From Rhizophagus irregularis (lineage: Eukaryota), in contig NC_089435.1 in the NCBI RefSeq assembly GCF_026210795.1, positions 3,410,001 through 3,474,000 of the forward strand: DNA of 64,000 nucleotides, given 5' to 3'. Below, piece by piece: positions 39,401-53,424 of this stretch. The notes below the pieces were generated by a model, which saw nothing but the letters and a program-made list of their open reading frames with translations, made no database searches and was not told where the DNA came from. A program made the translations under genes and the position numbers. Position 1 is the stretch's first letter. Each line of letters opens with the position of its first letter.

Positions 39401-42400
39401 CTAATTGTGATGATGCAAAATGGAATAGATACATTTTGTATGACGTTTTACCTGATTTGCATATTAAACTACTTGAACATATTGTAGTTCTTGAAGAAAC
39501 TAGGTACAAGAAAGAAGGGACAGATTTTGTTCCACATACTGCAGATAAAATTTGGCCTATTCCCGTTAAGTTAAGTCCATTTATGGACTTGTATAGGAAG
39601 TATGGATTGGATGTTATTAGAAAACTAGGCCTTAATAATCAAAAATTTTTCTGGACTGAAGTCAATGGCGGACAATTTGTTTCGCTACGAGAAGCTAGAA
39701 TTTTTGAGAAAGAAAAAGCAATAATCGCAGATTTATTGGTTAATTCAGGAATTTCAGCTGTGAAACTTGGTAAAGATAAAATAAGACAACTAAGTCAAAT
39801 TGTTGAATCTGGAGACCCTCCAAATTTCCCATATGAACCTGTTACCGGAGAGTCAGTTTGTGAAAAATTACACGAAATTCCTGATATTCATGATAAGCTT
39901 GATAATAAGCATGATTCATTGTTTGAATTGCTTAATTTTATTCTTCAAGATAAAAATTCTTATGAAATTCTCACTGGATTATCGTTAGTTCCGTTGAGCA
40001 ATGAATCGGTTGGAAAATTTGGTGAAGTTTATTACATTGGAAAAAAAGAACATTTAGATTTATTTCCAAATACTGGTCCATCAAAATTTGTTTCTATTGA
40101 TTTGCCAGAGTATTTGTTTAAAATTTTTAATGATGTCAATTTCCCTGCATTTACAAATATCAAAAAGTTTGATGCTTCAGCTGTTTTAGATCTTTTAACG
40201 TTTGAATTACCACCTTTGAAGGAAAGATCATGGGATCCAAACGGAGAATCTATACCAAATGATGATTGGCTTAAAAAAATCTGGTCAATATTAAATAAAG
40301 TCAAAGAAGAAAGAGAATTTACTAGACTTACAAAATATCCTTTGCTGCCAATGATTCAACCTTCTAAACTTGTTCGACTTGATACGAAAAATCCACTTTT
40401 ATACATACCTGAAAATGGACATATTTTATATCCAATACTAGTGAAACTACAAGTACGCTTTACTAATATGAAATTTCCTGAAGATGCTCATGAAAATTTA
40501 AAAAAATGTATAGTGAGTTGCACTCCTACAAATATAATTAATTCTCTAGAGTGGACTTGTTCTTTATTACATAAGCCTATGGAACAGTTATTTAAGACTA
40601 GTGATCTATCATTATCTGACTATGAAAAGCTTAGAAAATTTATTAAAGAGGAACTTAATGTTCTGTTACGTAAGTAGAAGAATTAGAATTTTAATGTTTT
40701 ATAAATAATGCTAATATTTACTATAAATTATTATAGAATTTGGAAAAAAACAAGAACTTATTAAGATTCTTAGATCATTACCCATATGGCCAATACATTC
40801 TGGGGAAGAAAAATTTATTGATGCTACAGCCGGAAAACTTCTTACGTACAAACTTCCATTTTTTTCTTTCGATAATAATACCGATTTTTACAAATATGAT
40901 CGTGAATCGGATTTCAAATTACTATCTAGATTAGGTACTACTCTTATAAAAGGATTGGAATATTTTGAATCTTATATAATACCACATATTGCTGAAAAAT
41001 CTCTCATACCTTCTCAAGAATACATCATTTTTTTGAAGAATTTTTTAAATTCTTCAGGATATCATGAAATTAAATGTCTTGAACAATACCAAATGATACC
41101 TAACAAATCACTCACTGCTTTCGTAAAGGCTGATACTTTATATGATATGGAAGTTATTTTATTTCTCAACATTTTTGACACCGACAAATTTTTACCGCCA
41201 GAATTACAAAACGATCCTGTTTGTTTAAGAGCTTTGGGAAATATTGGACTTAATCGTCAAGTGAATTGTGATACATTTATCAAATGTGCACGAGAGATTG
41301 AATCACAGTTTCAACAACCGGATAAATTTCCAACAAATATAGTCAAAAATCGAGCAAAATATTTAATAGATTATTTATATACAAATATTATTATATTTTC
41401 GACCGATCAATGGAATCAAATTATGCATATCAAATTCATTCCATCAGAAAAGTATCTTCAAAGTCCATTTCAAGAGGAAGCAAAAGAAACCTTGGGATAT
41501 GAAAGTTTTGCAGTTCTTTGTTTTCAAAGATATAAGGAAGTATGTTGGACTGAAAGACCTTTATTTGAGAGAAATGTTGAGCCAGATAATTCATTTTGTG
41601 AACGATATTCAAATATTGGAAAACCAGCTTTAGAAGAAATTGTTAAACATTGGTTTTTTTTTGTCGAGGAAATTAAATCCAAAATTATTTGGAAATCTTC
41701 AGATATAAAAAGCGTAATGGAAGAAATATATAAAATAATGAATGAATTTTCGCATGATGACATTATGAAAGGGTTGATTAAATTAAAAATTAATGATTCT
41801 AACAAAAAATTGTTCTTGAATGGGGATGATCCATTAGATGGAAAAAGTTGGGTAGCAGGAAGGGAGCTTATTTTTGGAATACAAGAAGATATTAAAGAGG
41901 GAATGTACAAAGTTAAAACATGTTTAATGCCATATAAAGATTTATTGTTGCTTGCTGGAGCTTATGAGATAAATACAGAAGAGTTAGAGGAATTAGAAAA
42001 GTTAGAAAAGTTAAAAAAGTCAGAAAAAAATGCAAAAATTGATCAAAAAGAAATATTGGTCAATGATTTATTGGACAAACTCATAGCGCAATCTAATAAT
42101 GAATATCATGATGTTTTTTTCACTTTTGATGAAGAAGAAGGAAGAATTGGTGCTTGTAGATACGTGCTTTCAGGTTTGTTAAATTGGTTTTTATTTTTAT
42201 TTTGTATATATGCTTTCTTTAATAATAATATTTTTTTTTTTACATAGCCGCTTCGTCATATTTTAAAAGAATGTTTTACAGTGGCTTAATTGAATCATCA
42301 AGGGACGTAATCGAGATTTTAATAAAAGGTATTCATCCAGATACATTTTGGATATTACTTCGATGGTTATATGGACAATCTTTTGAAGATGCGGTAAAAT

Positions 42401-42753
42401 CTGTTTTACGCAAGCCAGATGACTTTAATACAGACCAATATTTATCATTTTTGGTTGATCTTTTACAAGTAACTGACATTTACGATGTTGAATCACTTAA
42501 AGATAAGGTAGAAGATACTATTATCAAAGGTCGATATATTGGTGTGCGTAATCTATGTAAGATTCTAATATCTTCAGAAGAATGCAATGCACAACAATTA
42601 AAAAATTACTATAAAAAACATATTACTTCAAATAGAAATCTTATCAAAGAGCAATTATTGAAACTTCATACTAATGCGGCAAATGATGTTGACCGATCAG
42701 ATATATCACAAATGTCTCAATTGCTAGAACCATTCTTATCAGATGATGAGTAA
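33428..42753 (+). CDS. Sacsin-like protein A: two HSP90/GHKL sacsin repeats (second degenerate) plus C-terminal BTB/POZ
   Basis: Spliced ORFs: REILQNSDDA, QGPAL, DKIGVMGVGFNSIYHITD, GTIFRYPLR, LFCFLPLPI..VHGYFAV. Second repeat EFLRNADD/QGPAIWIYN. BTB: HDVFF...RYVLSAASSYFKRMF...LLRWLY. First exons checked in frame (33428-33776, 33861-34663, 34743-34793, 34881-36049, 36124-37883, 37956-38028, 38099-38137). Confidence 0.92.
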
Positions 42754-43311
42754 AGGAAGATATTTGGCGTAAATGCGTAATTATAGTTTACGTTTGAAGT
42801 TAGTGAATCTGAAGAATATCGATAATTTTTTGATCCTTTTTTAATGATTAAATTTTATTATGTAATTTTTTATAATACAATTTTATATATAATTTTCGTA
42901 AAAAAATTTTTTTTTTACAATATTTTTATTGTTACAGTTCTGATAATAAATAAATACATAGTAAAAATAAATGGTAAGAATAAAACAATGAATTTAAGGT
43001 AGTTTGATCAGTCAATGACATATGCCAATTCTAATTCAGGAAAATTATTTAACTATATATAGTAAATTAATAATAATAGTGTGCGATATTTAAGCTTACA
43101 CAGTACAATATATAAAAAATAATATAAATTAAAAAGCTTTTTAGATTACCTTTTTCGTATACAAAAATAATGACCGATTTATGGATATATCAGTTATAGA
43201 ATCATCTAATACATTTTCTCCTTTCAATCCCTGATTTTATGATTATTTTATAAATTTTTAATTTCGAATTCGAAGGTTACATGTTCACTTTTAATAGTTT
43301 TTTACGAGAAA

Positions 43312-46300
43312 ATGTCTAACGCAGTAAATAATTCTCGTGCTCCTAAAAGAGCAAAGGGAAGAGAATTTAAACCACGAGAGCCTTATACCCACCGTTTACG
43401 TAAAATTCTTGAAGAATATCCCGACGGTTCACAAGTTCTTCGTGAAATCCTTCAAAATTCTGATGATGCAAAGAGTACAGAGCAAATATTTATTTTGGAT
43501 TATAATACATATCCATCGGATAGTTTATTTGAACCAGATTTGGTGAATAATTATGAAAGAACAAACTTGAAACTTGATAGATATCAAGGTCCTGCGTTGT
43601 TAGCAAAGAATAATACTATTTTTAAAGAAAGGGATTTTCAATCCTTATTAAAATTGGCTGATAGCGAAAAACGCGATCAATTTGATAAAATTGGAGGTAA
43701 AATTCCAAGTTTATATTATAAATATTATTTTACGTTTCCAATTATATAGTATATTTAATCCTAATTCTTTTTTACATGATTTAGTAATGGGAGTAGGATT
43801 TAATTCAATTTATCATATAACTGATTCTCCTTCTTTTATTACTGGTGATAAGTACGTTATTCTTGATCCACATGAATGGTATTTTAACGGTGGCGTTCAA
43901 TTCGATTTTGTCGAGGATAAATTAGCAAAAGAATATCCGGACCAATTTGCTCCTTTCAGAACCCCGTGTAATAAACCATACGAAGGTACTATCTTTCGTT
44001 ATCCTCTCCGTACTGATGAAGATTCTACCGATTCAGATATTTCTAAAAAAGTTTATAAGCCTGAGGAAATTTTGGACATTTTTCAAAAATTTTACGAAAA
44101 TGAAAGCATCAATTGTTTATTGTTTTTGAAATATGTTGAGTGTATTTCATTTTATGAATTAAAGGAAGGTTCTACTGAACCTGAATTATTATATATGATC
44201 AAACTGGAAAATGCAGGCAAAGTTAGGAAACAACGACGTTTGATAGTTGAAAACATTGTATCAATGATGAATAAATTACAATCAAAAACTCTTGGCAAAA
44301 ATAATCAATTACAAGCGTCTTATGTTGCATCATTTTCTCGACAACAGAAAGGAGATTGTAAAAATACTAGCTCATGGTTAATATTAAATTATCTTGATGA
44401 TTTAAATGAAGCGGAAGCATATTTTCAGGATAAGTTCAACAAGAATATAGTAGAGTACAAATTTGTACCTAATGTTGGTCTAGCTATCCCTTTGGAAAAC
44501 TTAAATGTTACCGGAAGGTTGTTTTGCTTTTTACCTCTTCCGATATCTATGCCTTTTCGCGTCTCCGTACATGGATATTTCGCGGTAGGAACGATGAAGT
44601 GTTTTCTTTATTTTAATAATATGGTTATATATTTTATTTCTAAACGTTCTAATAGGTTAGTACTAATCGGCGTTCTTTATGGTCAACAGCAGACAATGAA
44701 GACCTGGTAATTAACCAACATCTTATATTAAACTATTTGAATTCAAAATTTCTAACTTACATATTATTGATCTTAGGCGGCTGATGCATTAGCTCGTATT
44801 AAAGTTGCATGGAATCGATATTTGTTCGAAATTGTCTTACCTAAGGCTTGGGTGAAATTTCTTCGTGAGCTTCCGCTTCTTAAAGCTACCAATATAAAGT
44901 CGGGTGATTTTTATAAATTTTGGCCAATAATTAAGGAAGATTCGAGTACATCGAGTGTCATAAGTAATTTTTGCAAGGATCTTTTACAAAATGTTGCAAA
45001 TTGTCTTAACGTCGATGATCGTGTATTTAAGGGACCTTCTTCATCAAATATTATGGGGACAGTATCTGGAGTTTCAGAATCGTATAACGATTCATCCTAT
45101 AAAGGATCAGAATTTTATTGGCTTTCACTTTCTAATGGTTATTTTGAGGATGAGAAGTGGTTTAACTATGACCTACCTAAAATAATTGGAAATATTGGAT
45201 TTCCCGTAATATCAATTTTTCCTGACATCATGAGAGTCTTAAAAAGTTCTAAACACAAAGATTCTTTTAAAACTTTCTCACCTGCTGTTATTCGAACTTA
45301 CTTAGATTGTAATCGTACTAGATGGGAAAATACGATACCGAGGAAAGAAGTTTTGGAGCTATTTAATTATATATTAAGAGACAAAAAATTTGACGAATTA
45401 GTAGGCTTCAAGATGATTCCGCTCGCAGACGGTACCCTTGATACTATAACACAATCTAGCAATTCTTGCGTGTATATTTGTCCAGACGATGACATTAAAG
45501 ATAAAATTGATGAGCACAATATCTTCAAAAGTTATTTGAACAAATTTGTTGACAAATCTATTGAATTTGAATTGTATAAATGTTTATACAATAATGCAAA
45601 GGCAGGATGGAATCTAAATATCAAAATTTTAAATGAGTCTGTCGTTGCCGATATGATTAGAACTTCATTAAATCTTGATACCAACGAGGGTAGTCGAATA
45701 AGGTCCATCTTTGGTAGTATTGGAAAAAAAATAAGAAATTCTTTTTCTGATAATGAAGAAATACAAATATTAGATCGTCGTGAGTGGATTTACCAATTAT
45801 GGGACAACCTTAAATATAGAAATTGGGATTTGAGAAAATTTGAAGATCTTCATTTAATACCGACGAGAAAGTCTACTCTTAGAAAATTAAATACCTCAAA
45901 AAAAGTATTTTCTCATCAAATGAGCAATAATGTTTCAATATTAAATTTAATTCCTATTTTCGAAAAATTTGGTGCTGTTTTCGTTGATAATGAATTTGAC
46001 GCTGGCGAAATTTCTAAATGGGATAAGTAAGTATTCTTTGAATATTTACTGGAGATAATTATTTTCTTGTAGTGTCTTGGATAATCAAATTCCTTTTTTT
46101 CTTTAGGATGGCTCCTTATATTATTAATCCTGACGATATTATATCAGTTCTGAATTCTTTCCGTACTGATGTCTCATTTCCGGGAAATTTGCATTGCACG
46201 TTACAAAAATATGAAGCATCAGCGCTAATTGAATATTTATCCGTTTATTTACGACTTGCAACTAGATTTTATCTCGAGCCGAGGCTTATTGGTGCTATAA

Positions 46301-49300
46301 AACATCTTCCAATTTTTGCCGAGATTGATAATAATACTTCTACAATTTCGTTGTCGTCTAAAGAATGGTATCTTTTGCCTAGGAATGAGGAAAATTCATA
46401 TGGAAAAATTATTTATCCAGTACAGAAGGGAGGATTTCTTAGTGCGAGTTCACAGAATTTATGTTATATATTAGAAGATATTATCCATATTCCTCGATTA
46501 ACTGTATATGAATATTGGCGACACTATGTTATACCATACCTTGAATCGCAACAACAAAACGACATAGATATAGTGATTGACAAACTTTTTGATCGATTAC
46601 CATCCTTACTTGATGATGACCTAAATTTGAAAGATGTTCTAGGAGGAATTTCTTTTGTACCTGTTGGTACGTTTAAAATGTCACAGCAACAAAACATACC
46701 TGCTAATATAAAGTTAGTCAAACCAACAGAATTATTTGATCCAGAAGAAAAGGCGTTGGTAAATCTATTTTTCGATGAAGAACAAGTCTTTCCTATTGGC
46801 AAATATGGTATTCCACAACCCTCATTTTCCAAAAAATTCCTTTTAAATTTGAGATCATTGGGAATCAAACCAGTTCTTTCTCCAAATGATGTCATTTCTC
46901 GAATCAATACTATTGTAACACGAAGACTGCAATCTGACGTTCAGGGCAAAGCATTAAACCTTTTTAAATATATTGATGAAAATTGGGATGTGCTTAATGA
47001 TAATGATACTCAAAACCAGATGACTCGTATGACAAATAATAACAATCATGCATTCTTGAAAGTAATTCTGGAAAAAGAATGGATCCCATCCTTTGACGCG
47101 TCTGAGAAACTGGTCTTTTCGAAGCCTAAAAATTGTTATTGTCAAAAAGACAAAAATTTGATTAGTCTGGTCTCTCCGGTAATCGAAATTAAAGTTAATA
47201 ACGAGAAATTTTTACAACATTTAGGATGGGATACTTATCCTGAAGTTGCGAAGGTTCTAAAACAGTTGGAACTTTGTTATAAAGGTGTTTCTAATAAGCA
47301 ACCACCCAAGAATTTGAAAACAATTTGTACAGAGATTTATAAATATATGAATGACGCCTTTAAAGCAAGTGATAATAAGTCTAAAGAAGAATTTGATACT
47401 ATGAAGAAATATTTGAAATATAAGCCGTGGATTTTATATGAAGGACAATTTTATCCAACTGAAAAGGTTGTCTTTAGTCTTCCAAATAAATTTCAAAATA
47501 ATGATTCTTTGATTGTTGAACTTCCTATAGAATATAATAGTAAATTTAAATCTTTATTTAAACATATGGGAGTTCGAGATGAAATTGGAGTTAAAGATTT
47601 AATCACAATGATTAAAAATACGTTGAAAGGAAATAAAGATAAAGTCTTATCTGCAAATGAAATAAACAATGTTATTCGAATTATTGAACAAATCGTAAAG
47701 ATTCAAAAAGAAAGTAAGAGAGAAGGGGATAAGTTGGAAAAATTAGATGGTTTATTGATTCCAAGTAATGACAATATGCTTGTTGAATTACATGAAATTC
47801 ACTTTGATGATATGGATGATAGACTTGAAGAAGAAATGAGAAGCAAACTTAAAATTACTCATAATCTTGTAACTTTGGATGTTGCCAGAGAATTGGAAAT
47901 CCAAACTTTAACGGGAAAAATATACGGTAATAATAATAAACTAGTGTATTCAAGATTATAAGGTTTAATGTTTTAAGTATAATTTAAATAAAAATTTATC
48001 AATTATAGGTAATAATTATGCCGGAGATATAGATTGGAAGATATATGAACAAAACGAATCATTGACTACTAGAATAAAAAATATTATCAAGGTAATTAAT
48101 TTTTCGATATTATATTAAACCAAACAATTCTGATGATTAAAAATTATACATTTTGATTGTTAATGTATTATATTGGACGTTCATATTATTAAAATAATAT
48201 TTTTATAATTAGGATTATTCGATAAACTCATTATTTAAAGAGTTTCTTCAAGTAAGTAATTTTGTGAAATAATTTTAATGTGTGTTTATATATTTTTTTT
48301 TAAAAAAATTAATGTTTATACTAACATAGAATGCAGATGATGCTAAAGCCACGCGATTTTTCGTAATAGTAGATGAAAGAGAAGCAACTACGAATACACA
48401 AGAGACTTTATTTTCAGAAGAAATGAAAGATTGGCAAGGTCCTGCGATATGGATATATAACGATGCAGAATTTTCTGCTAAAGACTTTCAGGCTTTGATC
48501 AAACTTGGAATTGGAGGGAAATCTTATGATGACACTAAAATTGGAAAATTCGGAATAGGATTTAATTGTGCTTTTCATGTTACAGATTTGCCTAGTCTTG
48601 TAAGTGGGAGATATATTGCATTCTTAGATCCAAATGCAAGATATCTTCCCGCGCAAGGATATCCTCCCAGAAGACCAAGAGGCACTCGAATTGATTTTAT
48701 CGATAAGGAATTTAAGAAAAGTTTCCCCGGACAATGTTATCCTTACGAGGCGTTAGGCTGTAGTTTTTTAGAAGAATTCAAAGGAACATTATTTAGACTT
48801 CCTCTTAGAACTCTTAATTTAACGGGAAAAAGTGAAATTACCAATAAAATTTTCGAAACTATTGAAATGCTGCGAATATTTAATAGTGTCGAAGGTAACA
48901 AAGAGATGCTCTTTTTAAGGAATATAGAATCATGTGGCCTATACCACTTAAAAGAGAAAATTCCTCAGCTGATATGGAAAGCACAAATTAATTTGTCGGA
49001 TGCTCACCGTGATATCCGCAGAAGTGTAACTGATAAAATGCAAATATATCAATTAGGCGTTGAGTTAGACTTTGACATTGATAGGGAGAAAAAAAAGAAA
49101 GTTTCACAAATATGGTTTTTGTGTACGGGAGGACAAGAAAAAATCAAACCAGAATTTAGAGATCTTAAAACATTTGCGAAGGACAAACGACTCAAGGTAT
49201 GTTCATTATCACCCAATTTGTTGTATTAAATTTAAATTTAAAACTATGATAATTAATTATTATTTTATTTAAGTCAAGGGGCGGCGTTGCATCCTTGCTC

Positions 49301-52300
49301 GCCCAATCTGATGAAAAATCATTGGATAAATTAAAAGCTGAATCGGTAAAGTGGGCTTTTCCTTATTTGTAATATTATTTATCACGTATTAAAATATTAT
49401 ATATATTTACAGTATCCAGATCCTCCTGAACTTAGAGGCGAAATGTTTTCTTATTTATCTTTATCAATGATTAGTAATTTGACAGTTCATTTGAATTGTA
49501 ACTTTTCTTTATCCACCGCAAGAAGCAGTATTTTGCAATCTGATAGTGATTTTTTGCAAGCCGATTGTGTTGATGCGAAATGGAATAGATATATTTTGTA
49601 CGAAGTTTTACCCGAATTACACATTAATTTGCTTGAAAAGATTGTGAAACTTGAAGAGGCTAGATATAAGAAAAACAAATCAAATTTCGTTCCTCATTTA
49701 ACAAATAATTTTTGGCCAATCGGTAAAAATTTGACTATGGACCTGTATAAGGATTATGGTTTAAATGTTATTAAAAAATTAACACTTGATAAATATAAAA
49801 TATTCTGGACGGAAGCTAATAGTGGGAAATTTATTTCATTGTCAGAAGCTAGGATCATCGATGAAGAAAATACGATAATTGCGGATATATTAGTCAATTT
49901 ACAATATCCAGTTCCAATCGTAAAACTTGATAAGGACAAGATTGAACAGCTAAATGAGATCGTCGGATATGAAAAATTCCCAATCAGCGGAAAGTTAGTA
50001 TGTGAAGAATTACGATTGAGAAACCAAAAGGATAATATTATACATGAAAGCATTATTAGTGAAAACAAGCATATTCATGATTCATTGTTTCAGTTGCTCG
50101 ACTTTATTCTTAAAGATAAGAATTCGTTTAAAGTTCTTACTGGATTGCCATTGGTTCCGTTGAGTGATGGATCTGTTGGAAAATTTGGCGAAGTTTATTA
50201 CATTGGAAAACAAAAACATTTGGACTTATTTCCAAACGCTTGTTCATCTAGATTTATCTTCACTGATTTACCGGAAAATCTACAGAAAATCTTTAATGAT
50301 GAAGAATTTTCCTTGTTTACAAATATCAAAAAGTTTGATTCTTATGCTATTTTAGATCTCTTAAAGTATGAATTAAAATCCGTAAAGGAATTAAATTGGG
50401 ATCCAAATGGAAAGTCAATACCAAATAATAGTTGGCTTAAAGAAATTTGGTCAAAATTAAATAAAGACGCAGAAAATATAGATTTTATAAGAATTTCTAA
50501 ATTTCCTTTATTACCAGTTATTAAGCCTTCCGATATGCTTGTTCAACCTGATACGACAAATCCACTTTTATATGTACCTGAAAATGGACATATTTTATTT
50601 CCTGTATTAACCAAATTAAAAGTACGCTTCACTAATATGATAGTTCCTGAGAATGCTAATGAGAAGCTTAAAAATTGTATTGTAGATTGTAGTTCAATAA
50701 ATATCATCCATTCCTTAGAGATAACTCGTTCATCATTAAATTTGACGATGAAAGAGTTGTTTGAAACTAGTAATTTATCGCCTTCGGACTATGAAAAGCT
50801 TAGAACATTTATTAAAGAAAAACTTGAAATTTTAGAAGGTGAGTTAGAATAATAAAAAAATTAAAAATTGTCTTACATTTTATTTACTTACTCATTTGTT
50901 TTATCAGAATACGGGCAAGTTCAAAATAGATTTATGAGTATTCTTAAATCTTTACCTATATGGCCAGTACATTCGAGTGATGACAATTTTATTGATGCTA
51001 CATCTGGGAAACTTTTAACGTACAAACTCAAATTTTTTTCCTTCTCCAAAAATACTGATTTATACAAATGTAAGGAATCAGATTTCAACGCACTAAATAA
51101 ATTAGGTGCTGTCCTCATAGGCGAATTAGAATACATTTTGCAATACATAATACGGCCAATTTTTACGAAGACTCCGACCCCAATACCTTCTAAAGACTAC
51201 ATTACTTTTTTGCAGAATGTCTTGTCTTTAGAAAATCATCAAGAGATTGAACTATTCATAAAACATTATCCAGTGGTACCTAACAAATCACTTACTGCTT
51301 TTGTAAAAGCAAATACTTTATATGATTCAAACATACTTTTATTCCGAAGTATTTTTGCAGAAACAGAGTTATTTTTACCGCCAGAATTACAAAACACACC
51401 CTTTTGTTTAGAAGCTCTTGGAAGGATGGGTCTTAATCGTGAAATAAACTGTAATACATTTATTGATTGTGCAAAAGAAATTGAGTCGCAAATTCAACAA
51501 GAAAGAGTTCCAACACATGTAATTAAAGATCGAGCAAAAAATTTAGTAAGATATTTATATGAACATGTTGACACTTTAGATTTCAATATCGAACAATGGA
51601 AAAAAATTCTAAGTATCAGATTTGTTCCATCAGAAAAAAATATCAAAGGTCAAATTTATCAATCTCCAAAAGAAACTTCGGGGTTTGAGCCTTTTGAAAA
51701 GCTTTGTTCTCACAAACACAAGAATGTATGCTGGACTCAATGTCCGTTATTTGATGAAAGTGTTGAGCCAACAAAGTTTTCTTTTTTTCATGACAATTAT
51801 CCTGAAATTGGAAATCCATCAACGGAAGATATTATTGAACATTGGTTTTTCGTCATTGAGCAAATCAAATCACCTACTTGGAATTCAAAGAGATCTATGG
51901 ATGATTACGAATCTATTAAAGGTGCAATTATAGACATTTACAAAATAATGAATGAAATTTCACAAAAAAAAAATAACGATATATTTATCAGATTGAAAAT
52001 CAATAAACCTGAAAAGAAATTATTCTTGAACGATAATTATCCATTTGACATATTTGACAAGGAAAATTGGGTAGCAGGAAGGGATCTTATATTTGGTTTA
52101 CAAGAAGATATTAAAGAGGGGATGTATAAAGTAAAAGATTGTTTAAAAGAATATAAAGATCTACTATTACTTGCCGGAGCTCGTGAGTTAATAGATTTAA
52201 AATCAGATCGAAAGGTTAGAAAGCATGATCAAAAAGATACTTTGATTAAAGTTTTACTGAAAAAATTTATAAGCCAGCACGATAATGATCATCATGATGT

Positions 52301-52969
52301 AATTTTTATTGTTGGTGAAGAGAAAGCAAGGATTGGTGCTAACAGATATGTGCTTTCAGGTATTAAATTTGAATCATTTTTATACTAATATATATTAATT
52401 TATTTATTATTGTTTTTTTTTTATTAATCGGTTCTTTTATTTTACATATGATAGCCGCTTCAACGCATTTTGAAAGAATGTTTTGCGGTGGTTTAAGTGA
52501 ATCAACAGAAAGCAAAATCGAGGTTATGATAAAAGATATTCGACCAGAAGTATTCCGAGTATTACTTCGATGGTTATATGGACAACCTTTTGAAGAAGCG
52601 ACAAAATCTACTCTACGCAATCCAGAAGAATTTAATAAAACAGACCAAGAATGTTATGAAACTTATTATTTATCATTTCTGATTAATATGTTAAAAGCAA
52701 CTGATATTTACGGTGTTGAAAGACTTAAAGATGAAGTAGAAGATATTATTATAACCGGTCCATTTATTAGTGTATGTAACGTAATCGAAATTTTATTATG
52801 GTCAAAAGAATGTAAAGCAACACAATTAAAAAATCATTGTAAACAATATATCGAATTAAATAAGGAACTTGTTATAGAACAAAGATTAGAATTTTGCGCA
52901 AATGCTGCTAGCGAACAAGAAAGACTAGAAGAATCAGAAATGTTAAAATTATTATTATCAGATAAATAA
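43312..52969 (+). CDS. Sacsin-like protein B: two intact HSP90/GHKL sacsin repeats plus C-terminal BTB/POZ
   Basis: Same exon layout as gene A. Repeat 2 keeps EFLQNADDA and KIGKFGIGFNCAFHVTD. BTB: HDVIFIVG...RYVLSAASTHFERMF...LLRWLY. Confidence 0.92.
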
Positions 52970-53424
52970 TTTATTTATTTATTAATTCATTCATTTTTTT
53001 TTAATATTTTAAAATCAATTGTATAAAGTTTTATATTCTTAGAGAAATTCGATTTTAGATATTAAGAAAATGCATAATTAAGTTGAATATTAAATTATAT
53101 AAAAATTTATAATTATATACCTTCAAAAAAAAAAAAAAGATTATCAAGATTCAAACTATTAATAGTAATGTAACCAAGTACGAGAACATGAAATAAATTC
53201 GTCAAATTTTCAATAAATGCATCAAATAAAATTCTCTCCCGCCATATTTTTTATATATAAGTTTTAAAAGTGTAAATACAAGTGAACTGAATCCGAAAAA
53301 CTTTGAGAGAAAATTAATTTTTTTTTATTTTCCATATTTAATTATTCATCTTCTTATAAATTGGGTTATTGGGTAAGAGAAGAAATATTTGCGAAATCAT
53401 ACAGTAATAAAATCGGTAATAATT

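Noticed and set aside
33428..52969. Treating the individual long ORFs as separate genes or an operon
   Set aside because: The gaps checked are short GT-AG introns whose removal joins the ORFs in frame, and intron positions are shared between paralogues.
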